29,011 nt of DNA from a virus. Taxonomy: Duplodnaviria; Caudoviricetes. The notes under the pieces were generated by a model that searched no databases, was not told the origin of the DNA, and was given only the letters and a program-made list of their open reading frames with translations. A program made the position numbers and the translations under genes. The DNA lies in IMG/VR virus record IMGVR_UViG_3300021956_000060, positions 1 to 29,011 of that record. One strand, written 5' to 3'. Shown in pieces: positions 18,102 to 25,188 of the stretch (position 1 is its first letter; the number at the start of each line of letters is the position of its first letter).

Positions 18102-19163
18102 GTGCCTATTCGACGGATTTCTGACGATCAATTGGTCGCAAGTCTCCGCAAACACAAAGGGATTAGAGTTGAAGCCGCCAAGGAACTAGGCTTGAGCGTG
18201 CGGTGCGTCATGGAACGCGCCGGGGCTTTGGAGGCGGCGGGAATAGAGGGTATTCAGACCACTTACCATTCCCCCAAAACCGACAAAAAAGAGTTTGAAT
18301 TTACGCCGCTTCCCCGTGACGACATTTCCATCGAAGAACTGATCCAGCACCGTAAGCGGCAGTTCGCCAACAAGCGCAATTACGAAGAAGCGTCCAAACT
18401 TATCCCCATCCGCATCAAGATTCCCGGCCCTATCGGAATCCTGCACTTTGGAGACCCTCATGTTGACGATGACGGGACAGACATTGAAGCCCTTGAGCGG
18501 CACACAGAACTTGTCAACCGAACTGATGGAATGTTTGCCGTCAACGTTGGTGACACTACTAATAACTGGGTGGGACGACTCGCCCGACTCTACGCCGACC
18601 AATCCACAAGTGCCGCCCAAGCATGGCGACTTGCCGAGTGGTTCGTAGGGCGCTGTAACTGGCTGTATATGCTTTCGGGCAACCACGATGCGTGGTCAGG
18701 AGCCGGTGACCCCCTCCGATGGATCGCCAAGCAGCAGGACGCGCTATACAAGTCGTCCGAAGCCCGTATTGAACTGAAGTTTCCCAACGGCAATTCAGTA
18801 CGCGTAAACGCCCGCCATGACCATTCTGGCTCGTCTATCTGGAACCCTGCGCATGGCCCAATGAAGGCCGCGCTAATGGGAACCCGTGACCATATCTACG
18901 TTGCCGGCCACAAGCATGAGAGCGCGTATAGCGTCCTGAAAGACCCGATTAACGGCATTACCATGCACGCCCTCAAGGTCGCCTCATACAAGGTCTACGA
19001 CCGTTTTGCGAAAGACCGGGGGTTTAGGGACAATTCCCTATCGCCTTGCGCGGTGACGATAATTAACCCTGCCATGGCTGATAATCATCCAGACTTCGTA
19101 AAGGTGTTTTGGGAACCGGAAGTCGGCGCGGATTATCTGACCTACCTACGCAAGAAAAAATGA
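18102..19163 (+). CDS. HTH plus calcineurin-like metallophosphoesterase
   Basis: GTG 18102 with SD GAGGT. N-terminal AAKELGLS HTH, then GDPH, GD, GNHD, H, GHKH. Confidence 0.85.
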   Translation: MPIRRISDDQLVASLRKHKGIRVEAAKELGLSVRCVMERAGALEAAGIEGIQTTYHSPKTDKKEFEFTPLPRDDISIEELIQHRKRQFANKRNYEEASKLIPIRIKIPGPIGILHFGDPHVDDDGTDIEALERHTELVNRTDGMFAVNVGDTTNNWVGRLARLYADQSTSAAQAWRLAEWFVGRCNWLYMLSGNHDAWSGAGDPLRWIAKQQDALYKSSEARIELKFPNGNSVRVNARHDHSGSSIWNPAHGPMKAALMGTRDHIYVAGHKHESAYSVLKDPINGITMHALKVASYKVYDRFAKDRGFRDNSLSPCAVTIINPAMADNHPDFVKVFWEPEVGADYLTYLRKKK

Positions 19164-19360
19164 AACGGGACGACGAGGACGAGTTGTTGTGGGCGCAGCC
19201 AGACCTGTGCCAGAAATGTGTATGGTTGTGTCCATGGAACGGGGCGGGATATGGATGCTCCCACCCTAGTCAGAAACAGTTGTTGCAGGGAGATGTTGTG
19301 TGCGGAGGGGTGCATTTCAAAGCCACAAGGCCGTGGCATCTCCCCCGCGACCCCGAATAG
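19160..19360 (+). CDS. Small Cys-rich protein
   Basis: ATGA coupling. CQKC...C...CSHP...C pattern. Confidence 0.6.
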   Translation: MKRDDEDELLWAQPDLCQKCVWLCPWNGAGYGCSHPSQKQLLQGDVVCGGVHFKATRPWHLPRDPE

Positions 19361-19992
19361 GGCTTTTTTATAAACCCCCGCACGCCGCCGCAGATTGCTG
19401 TGTGGCAATGCTCAAGGCGCTAACGCCCGACTACGATGTAGAACTGCTAGACATTGCCGACTGCACCTACGCCCGAATGAGATCGCTTCAGATCGTGGCA
19501 TTTCCCGGCGGGGTCGGCGAGGCTGACGATTGGTCGCAGATTTTCCAAGATGCGGCTAAAGATGTAAGACTTTTTGTACAGAAAGGCGGGGCATATCTCG
19601 GCATCTGCATGGGGGCTTATTGGGCTGGCCCGGGCTATTTTGATTTGTTAAGAAACGTCAACGTAGATCAATACGTTCGCAAAGCCGAGATCAAACGGTC
19701 GTATCAGACGGTTGCCCGGGTGACATGGAACGGCGAGCCGGAAACCATGTTTTTTTGGGACGGCCCACAGTTCACAGGGTCAGATTTTGAGACGGTGGCG
19801 ACCTACGCCAATGGCGTACCTATGGCGATACGGCAGGGGCGGGTAGGGCTGATCGGGTGTCACCCGGAAGCCGAAGAATCGTGGTTTGCGCGAAAGTACT
19901 TGCGCCGACATTGGCACGGCGGGCGGCATTGGAAGTTGCTGCGGGCGTTTGTACGCACGTTGTGTGTACAGTCACCCGCCCTGCATCGCTAG
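19333..19992 (+). CDS. BPL_N / class I glutamine amidotransferase-like protein
   Basis: FPGG oxyanion strand, GGAYLGICMGAY nucleophile elbow and HPE dyad. Start uncertain (GTG 19333 or 19300). Confidence 0.82.
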   Translation: MASPPRPRIGLFYKPPHAAADCCVAMLKALTPDYDVELLDIADCTYARMRSLQIVAFPGGVGEADDWSQIFQDAAKDVRLFVQKGGAYLGICMGAYWAGPGYFDLLRNVNVDQYVRKAEIKRSYQTVARVTWNGEPETMFFWDGPQFTGSDFETVATYANGVPMAIRQGRVGLIGCHPEAEESWFARKYLRRHWHGGRHWKLLRAFVRTLCVQSPALHR

Positions 19993-20175
19993 GATCGTCA
20001 TTTCCCGAAGCACCCAATCGGCCTCAACGTCCAAGCCTTGAGCGCGCATCCGGTATAGAACTTCGTTGATGGTTAGTTCGCGGGCTTGTCCATAAGCCCA
20101 CGGCGCGGCGGCTAATTCGGCCTCAAATGCGTCACCCTCGGGGGTGACAAAGGGGTCGTCCTCAAAACGGCTCAT
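19972..20175 (-). CDS. Hypothetical protein
   Basis: MSRFEDDPF... with SD AGGA. Last gene of the leftward operon. Confidence 0.6.
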   Translation of the reverse strand: MSRFEDDPFVTPEGDAFEAELAAAPWAYGQARELTINEVLYRMRAQGLDVEADWVLREMTILAMQGG

Positions 20176-20205
20176 AAGCGTCCTGCCTCGGGTTATATGC
20201 AAGGT

Positions 20206-20328
20206 TTACAGATAATCCACGCCCCATCTACGGCAAGCGATGTTGGGCTCTGGAACGTGCCGCCATTCTTCGTCCACCATGCGGTTACGATTTTGGAACA
20301 AGTCTAAAAGCCATGCAATGACGTTCAT
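20206..20328 (-). CDS. 40-aa hypothetical protein
   Basis: MNVIAWLLDLF... ATGA-coupled to the wHTH gene, SD GGAG. Confidence 0.55.
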   Translation of the reverse strand: MNVIAWLLDLFQNRNRMVDEEWRHVPEPNIACRRWGVDYL

Positions 20329-20537
20329 GCGAACAACTCCTGTTGGCCGACTATGCGATAACTCGCATAAGCCTTGCCGTTGGATTGAATCGTTGACGTT
20401 TGAATGTTTAACCCCTCGGCCCGTAGGTCTGCAATGCGAGCCGCCAGCCGAAAGCACCCATATTCGCGCAGCGCGTCCAGCGGGGTGATGGATTTGCCGG
20501 ATTGAAGGTGCGTGCGGATCATGTCGTTTTGGGTCAT
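20325..20537 (-). CDS. Winged HTH protein (HTH_39-like)
   Basis: SITPLDALREYGCFRLAARIADLR motif. SD GGAGG and ATGA coupling. Confidence 0.85.
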   Translation of the reverse strand: MTQNDMIRTHLQSGKSITPLDALREYGCFRLAARIADLRAEGLNIQTSTIQSNGKAYASYRIVGQQELFA

Positions 20538-20737
20538 TGGTCGGCCTCCTCTTTCGGCGGCGGGAAATCTAATACCCACCCTTCGGCAAGCATCTCTTGT
20601 TCCTTTGCGGCGGCAACACGTTTTGCAAAACGTATAAAAAATTCGATGGGTATTTGAATTTCGAATGTTTGCAAATTAAGGTTTGTTTCTTCAATCCCCG
20701 CCTCTTGCGCCATTCGTAAAATGTCGTCGCGGGTCAT
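20534..20737 (-). CDS. Hypothetical phage protein (MTRDDI..MA.EAG type)
   Basis: Coupled at both ends. RFA..VAA pattern. Confidence 0.7.
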   Translation of the reverse strand: MTRDDILRMAQEAGIEETNLNLQTFEIQIPIEFFIRFAKRVAAAKEQEMLAEGWVLDFPPPKEEADQ

Positions 20738-20907
20738 TTCGGCAATCCCCACTTAAATTCTGCGGTTTTCATGTCGTAATACCCACATTCGTTTTGCACG
20801 GCTTGTTTTCGCAACAAATATCCATTTATCCAAAAGCCAAGCCATGACCCGATAAATAATGCAATCAATCCAAACGTTGCCATTTCTTTCAAATCATCTT
20901 CTTTCAC
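20734..20907 (-). CDS. 57-aa single-TM protein (not in the ORF track)
   Basis: GTGA-coupled. MKEDDLKEMATFGLIALFIGSWLGFWINGYLLRKQAVQNECGYYDMKTAEFKWGLPK. Confidence 0.7.
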   Translation of the reverse strand: MKEDDLKEMATFGLIALFIGSWLGFWINGYLLRKQAVQNECGYYDMKTAEFKWGLPK

Positions 20908-21221
20908 AATAATCCCTCTTTGGCTAGTTCGTTGATCGTTCGTGCCATTCCCTCTAGGTGCGCCAGCCGCACATAGTCCCTCTCAAGGTCGGTATGCGAG
21001 CGGCGGTCTATGGCGTCATGACACGCGCTACAAGCCCAAGCCGCTATCAAATCTGGTGATTTCATCCCCATGCCGCTGATTCCCGGCAACCGCACATGAG
21101 CCAACACGGTTGTTTCATTGTTGTGATTGCATATTTCTGGCAATCGCACCATGCAGGGTCGGTCTTTGGCTAGTTTCCGTAAATACGTCATTTCAGACAT
21201 ACCCCAATTATTTCTACTCAT
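20904..21221 (-). CDS. DUF1364 / YbcO-like Zn-binding putative nuclease
   Basis: CMVRLPEICNHNNETTVLAH...AWACSACHDAID. Start may be 21191. Confidence 0.85.
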   Translation of the reverse strand: MSRNNWGMSEMTYLRKLAKDRPCMVRLPEICNHNNETTVLAHVRLPGISGMGMKSPDLIAAWACSACHDAIDRRSHTDLERDYVRLAHLEGMARTINELAKEGLL

Positions 21222-21621
21222 ACACAGGTTCCGGTAACGGCCCCATGCCCATATCTAAACATTTGCTTTCTATAAACATTAAGTAATCCGTGAATTCTTG
21301 TTTGGTTAACGTTGACGAACGTTTCAAAGGCCGCATCCGTTTGCGCCCAAACCCTTCCAGCACTTCCCACCCAAAACACTCGCCAAGAAAGTAATCGTGC
21401 AAATCGTCGCGTGTCCACCCGCCCAACGTTTCGCCGCCTTGCTCAAGGATCATGGGGTAAGCAACGCCCCATAAAAATCGGTTTTGCGCGTCCGTGCGCT
21501 TGCGTTTCCACGGTTCAACCGTAATGCACCACGCTTTGTTGCGATCTATTGCCGCAACCATCGTGGCAACCGCTCGGATAATGTCGTCCGGTTGAGTGCC
21601 TTTTGGGAATAAACGTTTCAT
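21214..21621 (-). CDS. ninB: NinB/YbcN-like recombination accessory protein
   Basis: KRTDAQNRFLW...SSTLTKQEFTDYL..IE pattern. Confidence 0.8.
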   Translation of the reverse strand: MKRLFPKGTQPDDIIRAVATMVAAIDRNKAWCITVEPWKRKRTDAQNRFLWGVAYPMILEQGGETLGGWTRDDLHDYFLGECFGWEVLEGFGRKRMRPLKRSSTLTKQEFTDYLMFIESKCLDMGMGPLPEPVYE

Positions 21622-21881
21622 CAGAAATTGATGTCGTCATCTACCCAGTTATCTTCGGTCAGCACTTTGCCTTGCGCTGGCTTTGGCGGCGCGGCTTTCT
21701 TGGCCTCAAACGACAGGCTCATAAACTTGCTGCCGTCCTTCTTGCTGGCCTTGATCCAGCCGCTGACGTTGAAATCCACGTTGTCAATTACCGCGCTGCC
21801 ACGGTAATCGGGACGTTTGTCGTTGCCGTTCTTGTCGTTCTTGAACAAGACGCCGCGCATATTTGGATCGTAAGTATTCAT
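21621..21881 (-). CDS. Small ssDNA-binding protein (OB-fold, DUF736-like)
   Basis: GVLFKN..KRPDYRG..SGW..FMSLS with acidic SSB-like tail DDDINF. Adjacent to ERF. Confidence 0.75.
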   Translation of the reverse strand: MNTYDPNMRGVLFKNDKNGNDKRPDYRGSAVIDNVDFNVSGWIKASKKDGSKFMSLSFEAKKAAPPKPAQGKVLTEDNWVDDDINF

Positions 21882-22522
21882 TTTGCCTCCTTGGCAATTT
21901 TGATGTAAGAACGAATAGCATTTTTCAACTTTGAACCAAGCGCATCGCCCACCGCTATATACAGTTCGTGGTTGGCGCTTACGCTTTGATGTATTTCGTA
22001 CACCGCAGCCGCAATCTCTTTTTCCTCGGCGTCCAAATCAAACGCGGCCTTGAACTTCTCCACATATTCCTGCACCTCAACAGGATTGGCGTTCTTGCCG
22101 AGGTCGCCTCTTGGGTCAAGTTTCAGATCGGGCTTGCGGCCCTGCGCGGCCTCGCCATCGTCATCCGTCTGATAGATGCCGACTAGCGCCGCCAGCGCGT
22201 AACGCCTTGCATACGTCAGCCCCGAGCCTTGCGCCTGTGGGCTGTTGTCTTTGACCAGTACCGGCATTTCGCCCGATATCCATTCGCCGCTACTGTGCAA
22301 CAACGTAGTCACCAACAGCAGGCCATGTTCGGTGTACCGGCTCGTCTGCACAACCGACAACCCGTTATCGGTGAGCGGCTTGCGGCAGGCTTGCCACACC
22401 GATTCAAGGTCAGCGTATCGGGATTTGAAGAACGGATTGGCGGCGTCCTTAACGGCTCCGCTAATTTGGCTTTGCGCTTTGGCAAGGGCGGCGGCAAGTG
22501 CGCCGATGTTTTCAGACTTCAT
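21878..22522 (-). CDS. erf: ERF-family ssDNA annealing protein
   Basis: NPFFKSRYADL, LLHSSGEWI, QAQGSGLTYARRYAL..GI..DDDG. Confidence 0.93.
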   Translation of the reverse strand: MKSENIGALAAALAKAQSQISGAVKDAANPFFKSRYADLESVWQACRKPLTDNGLSVVQTSRYTEHGLLLVTTLLHSSGEWISGEMPVLVKDNSPQAQGSGLTYARRYALAALVGIYQTDDDGEAAQGRKPDLKLDPRGDLGKNANPVEVQEYVEKFKAAFDLDAEEKEIAAAVYEIHQSVSANHELYIAVGDALGSKLKNAIRSYIKIAKEAK

Positions 22523-22671
22523 TGCAATTTCCTCTCTGTGGCTTCCAACTGTTTATAAACGGCAATCAACGTTGCCAACAATATTGTGCGGATAAATTCG
22601 TATTCCTCGCGCTCGGCATCCTGTTGCTGCCACCAGTCGTTATCGTCCAGCGGCATTTCATCGTCCCACAT
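22519..22671 (-). CDS. 50-aa acidic hypothetical protein (not in the ORF track)
   Basis: SD GGAGGTGA. MWDDEMPLDDNDWWQQQDAEREEYEF... ATGA overlap with erf. Confidence 0.7.
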   Translation of the reverse strand: MWDDEMPLDDNDWWQQQDAEREEYEFIRTILLATLIAVYKQLEATERKLQ

Positions 22672-22780
22672 GGGTCACCTCCGCATCGCACCCGTGACCG
22701 TCGCAAGGCTCAATCCAACAGCAAAACAGATAGAGCAGGATTAGGCCGATCAACTGGGGTTTAATGGATTTATTCGTCAT
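22658..22780 (-). CDS. 40-aa TM/Cys peptide (not in the ORF track)
   Basis: MTNKSIKPQLIGLILLYLFCCWIEPCDGHGCDAEVTHVGR fills the gap and overlaps both neighbours. Confidence 0.55.
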   Translation of the reverse strand: MTNKSIKPQLIGLILLYLFCCWIEPCDGHGCDAEVTHVGR

Positions 22781-23033
22781 GGCCGTCATCCCAAGTCATT
22801 TCTTGGCCGATCTCGTCCTCAATAACATCGTAGTCAAGGTAATCGGGATCAACGTCAAGGACGACTGGAAGGGAGTGGTAATCGGTGTCGTTTTGTTCGT
22901 ACACACCATGCAGTTGCACGCCGTCAATCTCAAACTGGTCTCCGAATTGCGTCCAGTAAACGTGAGCCTTCCACTTGTAACCAAGCGCGGAAAGCGTCAT
23001 TTCTGTGCAGTTTGAATTTTTATACTTGGACAT
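22770..23033 (-). CDS. Acidic early hypothetical protein
   Basis: SD GGAGG then ATG 23033. Very D/E-rich C-terminus. Confidence 0.7.
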   Translation of the reverse strand: MSKYKNSNCTEMTLSALGYKWKAHVYWTQFGDQFEIDGVQLHGVYEQNDTDYHSLPVVLDVDPDYLDYDVIEDEIGQEMTWDDGHDE

Positions 23034-23049
23034 TTCTGTTGCCTCCGTA

Positions 23050-23283
23050 TTAGTAACCAGACCGACGTTCGGTGTGGTAGTAGTGATCGCCAATTTCCCG
23101 TGCGCCTTGCTTGGCCGCGTCATACGTTGCGTAGACGTAATCGCCGACCATGCCGGTCACCTCATTAAACACGCGGAAAGCGCGGCCCTGCACCTTGTCG
23201 GCGCAGTAGCGGGTTTCCACTTCAACGGATGAAAACCGGCTGACGGGATACATTTTGGTTTTGATGACGATGTGGTTAGACAT
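23050..23283 (-). CDS. First early-left hypothetical protein
   Basis: SD GGAG then ATG 23283. 77 aa. Confidence 0.7.
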   Translation of the reverse strand: MSNHIVIKTKMYPVSRFSSVEVETRYCADKVQGRAFRVFNEVTGMVGDYVYATYDAAKQGAREIGDHYYHTERRSGY

Positions 23284-23321
23284 ATCTGTTGTCTCCGTGG
23301 TTGTGTCTGTCAACGGTTGTC

Positions 23322-23349
23322 AGTTTAGCAACCTAAACGCCCATGTCAA
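23322..23349 (-). promoter_or_regulatory. Leftward sigma70 promoter (PL-like)
   Basis: Minus strand TTGACA-16 nt-TAAACT with TGn extension. Confidence 0.75.
23323..23338. promoter_or_regulatory. Palindromic operator candidate
   Basis: GTTTAG-CAAC-CTAAAC, perfect 6-bp arms overlapping the leftward -10. Confidence 0.6.
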
Positions 23350-23355
23350 GCCTTG

Positions 23356-23383
23356 TTGCGAAAATATTTTACATGGCTAAAAT
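23356..23383 (+). promoter_or_regulatory. Rightward promoter (PR-like) with degenerate operator at 23367-23382
   Basis: TTGCGA-16 nt-TAAAAT, containing TTTTAC-ATGG-CTAAAA. Confidence 0.6.
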
Positions 23384-23391
23384 GCCTCGCT

Positions 23392-23559
23392 ATGGACATT
23401 CAGCAAATGCTTAAACGGTTCCCAAGCCAGAAGGCTATGGCTAAAGCGTTCGGGGTTACGGACGGGGCCATTAGCCAATGGATTAAGGCCGGGCGGCTAC
23501 CGGACGCCCGTGTATGGCAATGGAAGGCAGGGCTGGTAAAGCCGCCCAAGGGCCGCTAA
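23392..23559 (+). CDS. Cro-like HTH regulator
   Basis: SQKAMAKAFGVTDGAISQW...LP.AR. First gene of the rightward unit. Confidence 0.88.
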   Translation: MDIQQMLKRFPSQKAMAKAFGVTDGAISQWIKAGRLPDARVWQWKAGLVKPPKGR

Positions 23560-23945
23560 TGCGGTTTACGGAAGCCAGAAACGAAAAACCCCGAAGGGGG
23601 GCTTCGGGGCTTGACGGACTCGGTGGAAGGAGTCTAGGCTTGAATTGCGGAACAAGCGTGATGAGGATACTGACGGACTGTTCTAGTCTTGTCAACCACC
23701 CCACCACGCCGAAATGCTCGGGCAATCTGGTCGGGGAAACCACGCGCAGATATGCCTTAAATCTAGACCGGGGCGGCCAGCCTCTAGACACGCGGCGTAA
23801 GTCGGGAAGCGTGAATGGCACCGGGAAACCGGGAAAAGTAGCCGACAGCAGGGTGGCTCCATGCAGTCACAATCCTTTGCACGATTGCCTAGGCGTAATT
23901 CCGTCTTGTAACCGTGCAGAGTTCACCATCAGTCACAGGGGTTAA
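23559..23945 (+). other. Structured segment between cro and rep (candidate ncRNA/origin; also a 128-codon open frame of doubtful protein character)
   Basis: At least six stem-loops plus short direct repeats. The frame starts at the cro TAATG and stops 2 nt before the rep ATG. Confidence 0.5.
23584..23609 (-). terminator. Intrinsic terminator, minus-strand orientation
   Basis: Minus strand CCCCGAAG-CCCCC-CTTCGGGG-TTTTT, an 8-bp stem plus U5. Confidence 0.6.
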
Positions 23946-23947
23946 TC

Positions 23948-24490
23948 ATGGATATACCGGGATTAGACGTAGCAGCGTGGGATCGGTGGGTCATGTACCG
24001 GAAGGCGATCAAGAAGCCTTTGAAGGAAGCCACCTTGCACGCAGCGGCATTGAAACTTGCCAAGTACGGTGACGATCAAGGCGAAGTGGTGGATCAGAGC
24101 ATTGCCAACCAATGGCAAGGCCTGTTTGACCTTCAGAAAAAGAAACTAGCCCCGGGTGAAAAGCCGCAAAAGACCCGTGAACAGAAAGCCGCCGATGATT
24201 TCAATTGGGAAAATTCGGTCAAACGCGCTGAAAAGAACTGGCAGGAGACCGTCCCTACCCCGTATGGCCGTTTAAGGCTCTGTGACGCCCTCTGGGCCCG
24301 TTACACGATTGAGGAAGGCCCAGACACCGCCGATAAGATGGATTGGCTTAAAGGCGTTGTGGCGCGGAATCTGAAGGAAGTAGAGGCCAAGTTGGTAGTA
24401 GGCGACCCGCATTTGATGATTATGGTCATGTGTTTTTTCGGCCCGCTCGGGGTCAAGCGCATTAAGGAACGTGCGGCGGTGGGCGCATGA
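23948..24490 (+). CDS. Replication initiator C-terminal-domain-like protein
   Basis: W..W..YRKAIKKPL...SIANQWQGLF matches the C-terminal domain of lambdoid initiators. Position after cro. Confidence 0.65.
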   Translation: MDIPGLDVAAWDRWVMYRKAIKKPLKEATLHAAALKLAKYGDDQGEVVDQSIANQWQGLFDLQKKKLAPGEKPQKTREQKAADDFNWENSVKRAEKNWQETVPTPYGRLRLCDALWARYTIEEGPDTADKMDWLKGVVARNLKEVEAKLVVGDPHLMIMVMCFFGPLGVKRIKERAAVGA

Positions 24491-24603
24491 GCAAGTTTTA
24501 TTGCAAAAAGTGTCGGAAAACCGTCATTCGCAAAACCACAAAAAAATGGGTCAACTCGTTTTGCCTTGAAGCCGGGCGGGTAACTCGATTGGTGCGTGTA
24601 TGA
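24487..24603 (+). CDS. 38-aa basic CxxC peptide (not in the ORF track)
   Basis: MSKFYCKKCRKTVIRKTTKKWVNSFCLEAGRVTRLVRV. ATGA overlap at both ends. Confidence 0.6.
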   Translation: MSKFYCKKCRKTVIRKTTKKWVNSFCLEAGRVTRLVRV

Positions 24604-24836
24604 GTTGGCGTACCAAATGGGGTATTCCCGAGCGTGAATACGCGCTTAAATCATCAACCCGTAACTACTGGACGATATTCCTGTGCCGATTGGTCAACGA
24701 AGCAAGAGCAGCCGAATCCGTAGATGCACCGAGTGCAAGCGCACCTTCGCCTCGCCGGATTCTTTCCGTATCCATAGGCACAAAGGCGCAACGTGCCGCA
24801 CGGAGGAGGCGCTCGTTGCCTCGGGTTTCCGCTTGA
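24600..24836 (+). CDS. Hypothetical protein
   Basis: ATGA-coupled start. C-terminal two thirds overlap the next gene. Confidence 0.45.
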   Translation: MSWRTKWGIPEREYALKSSTRNYWTIFLCRLVNEARAAESVDAPSASAPSPRRILSVSIGTKAQRAARRRRSLPRVSA

Positions 24837-24868
24837 CCCCGAAGGGCTGGCTCAAGGTGGTGATATGA
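24683..24868 (+). CDS. Zn-finger protein (phage FDxHR-like)
   Basis: CTECKRTFASPDSFRIHR...C...G...W. TGA overlaps the next ATG. Confidence 0.7.
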   Translation: MPIGQRSKSSRIRRCTECKRTFASPDSFRIHRHKGATCRTEEALVASGFRLTPKGWLKVVI

Positions 24869-25188
24869 GGCGCGCTGCACGGCGAGACGCTAACGATGGG
24901 ATCATTACGGAAGCCCTGCGGGTGGCTGGGTTTACCGTCCATGACTTTGCCGGGGCTGGGAACAGTATTCCCGACAAATTAGTTTTCCGGCCCCTTCCAG
25001 ACGGGCGGCAATGGATTTGTTGGGTCGAGATCAAGACCGAAAAAGGCAAATTGAGGCCGGGACAGGAAAAGTTCCGCGCCCTGTTTGAGCCTCGAGGGGA
25101 GTGGTACAAGGCTACGCACCCGCAAGACACGGTTTGCGAACTGGCGATGCGGTACTTTGAAAGCATTAAGCAAGAACAGTTGCGCTGA
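24865..25188 (+). CDS. PD-(D/E)xK nuclease (VRR-NUC / resolvase-like)
   Basis: MRRAARRDAN..I..ALR..G, IPD, VEIK..KGKL..Q. Confidence 0.82.
   Translation: MRRAARRDANDGIITEALRVAGFTVHDFAGAGNSIPDKLVFRPLPDGRQWICWVEIKTEKGKLRPGQEKFRALFEPRGEWYKATHPQDTVCELAMRYFESIKQEQLR

Noticed and set aside
22498-23232. Plus-strand ORFs across the early-left operon
   Set aside because: Antisense to a well-coupled minus-strand gene chain with strong SDs.
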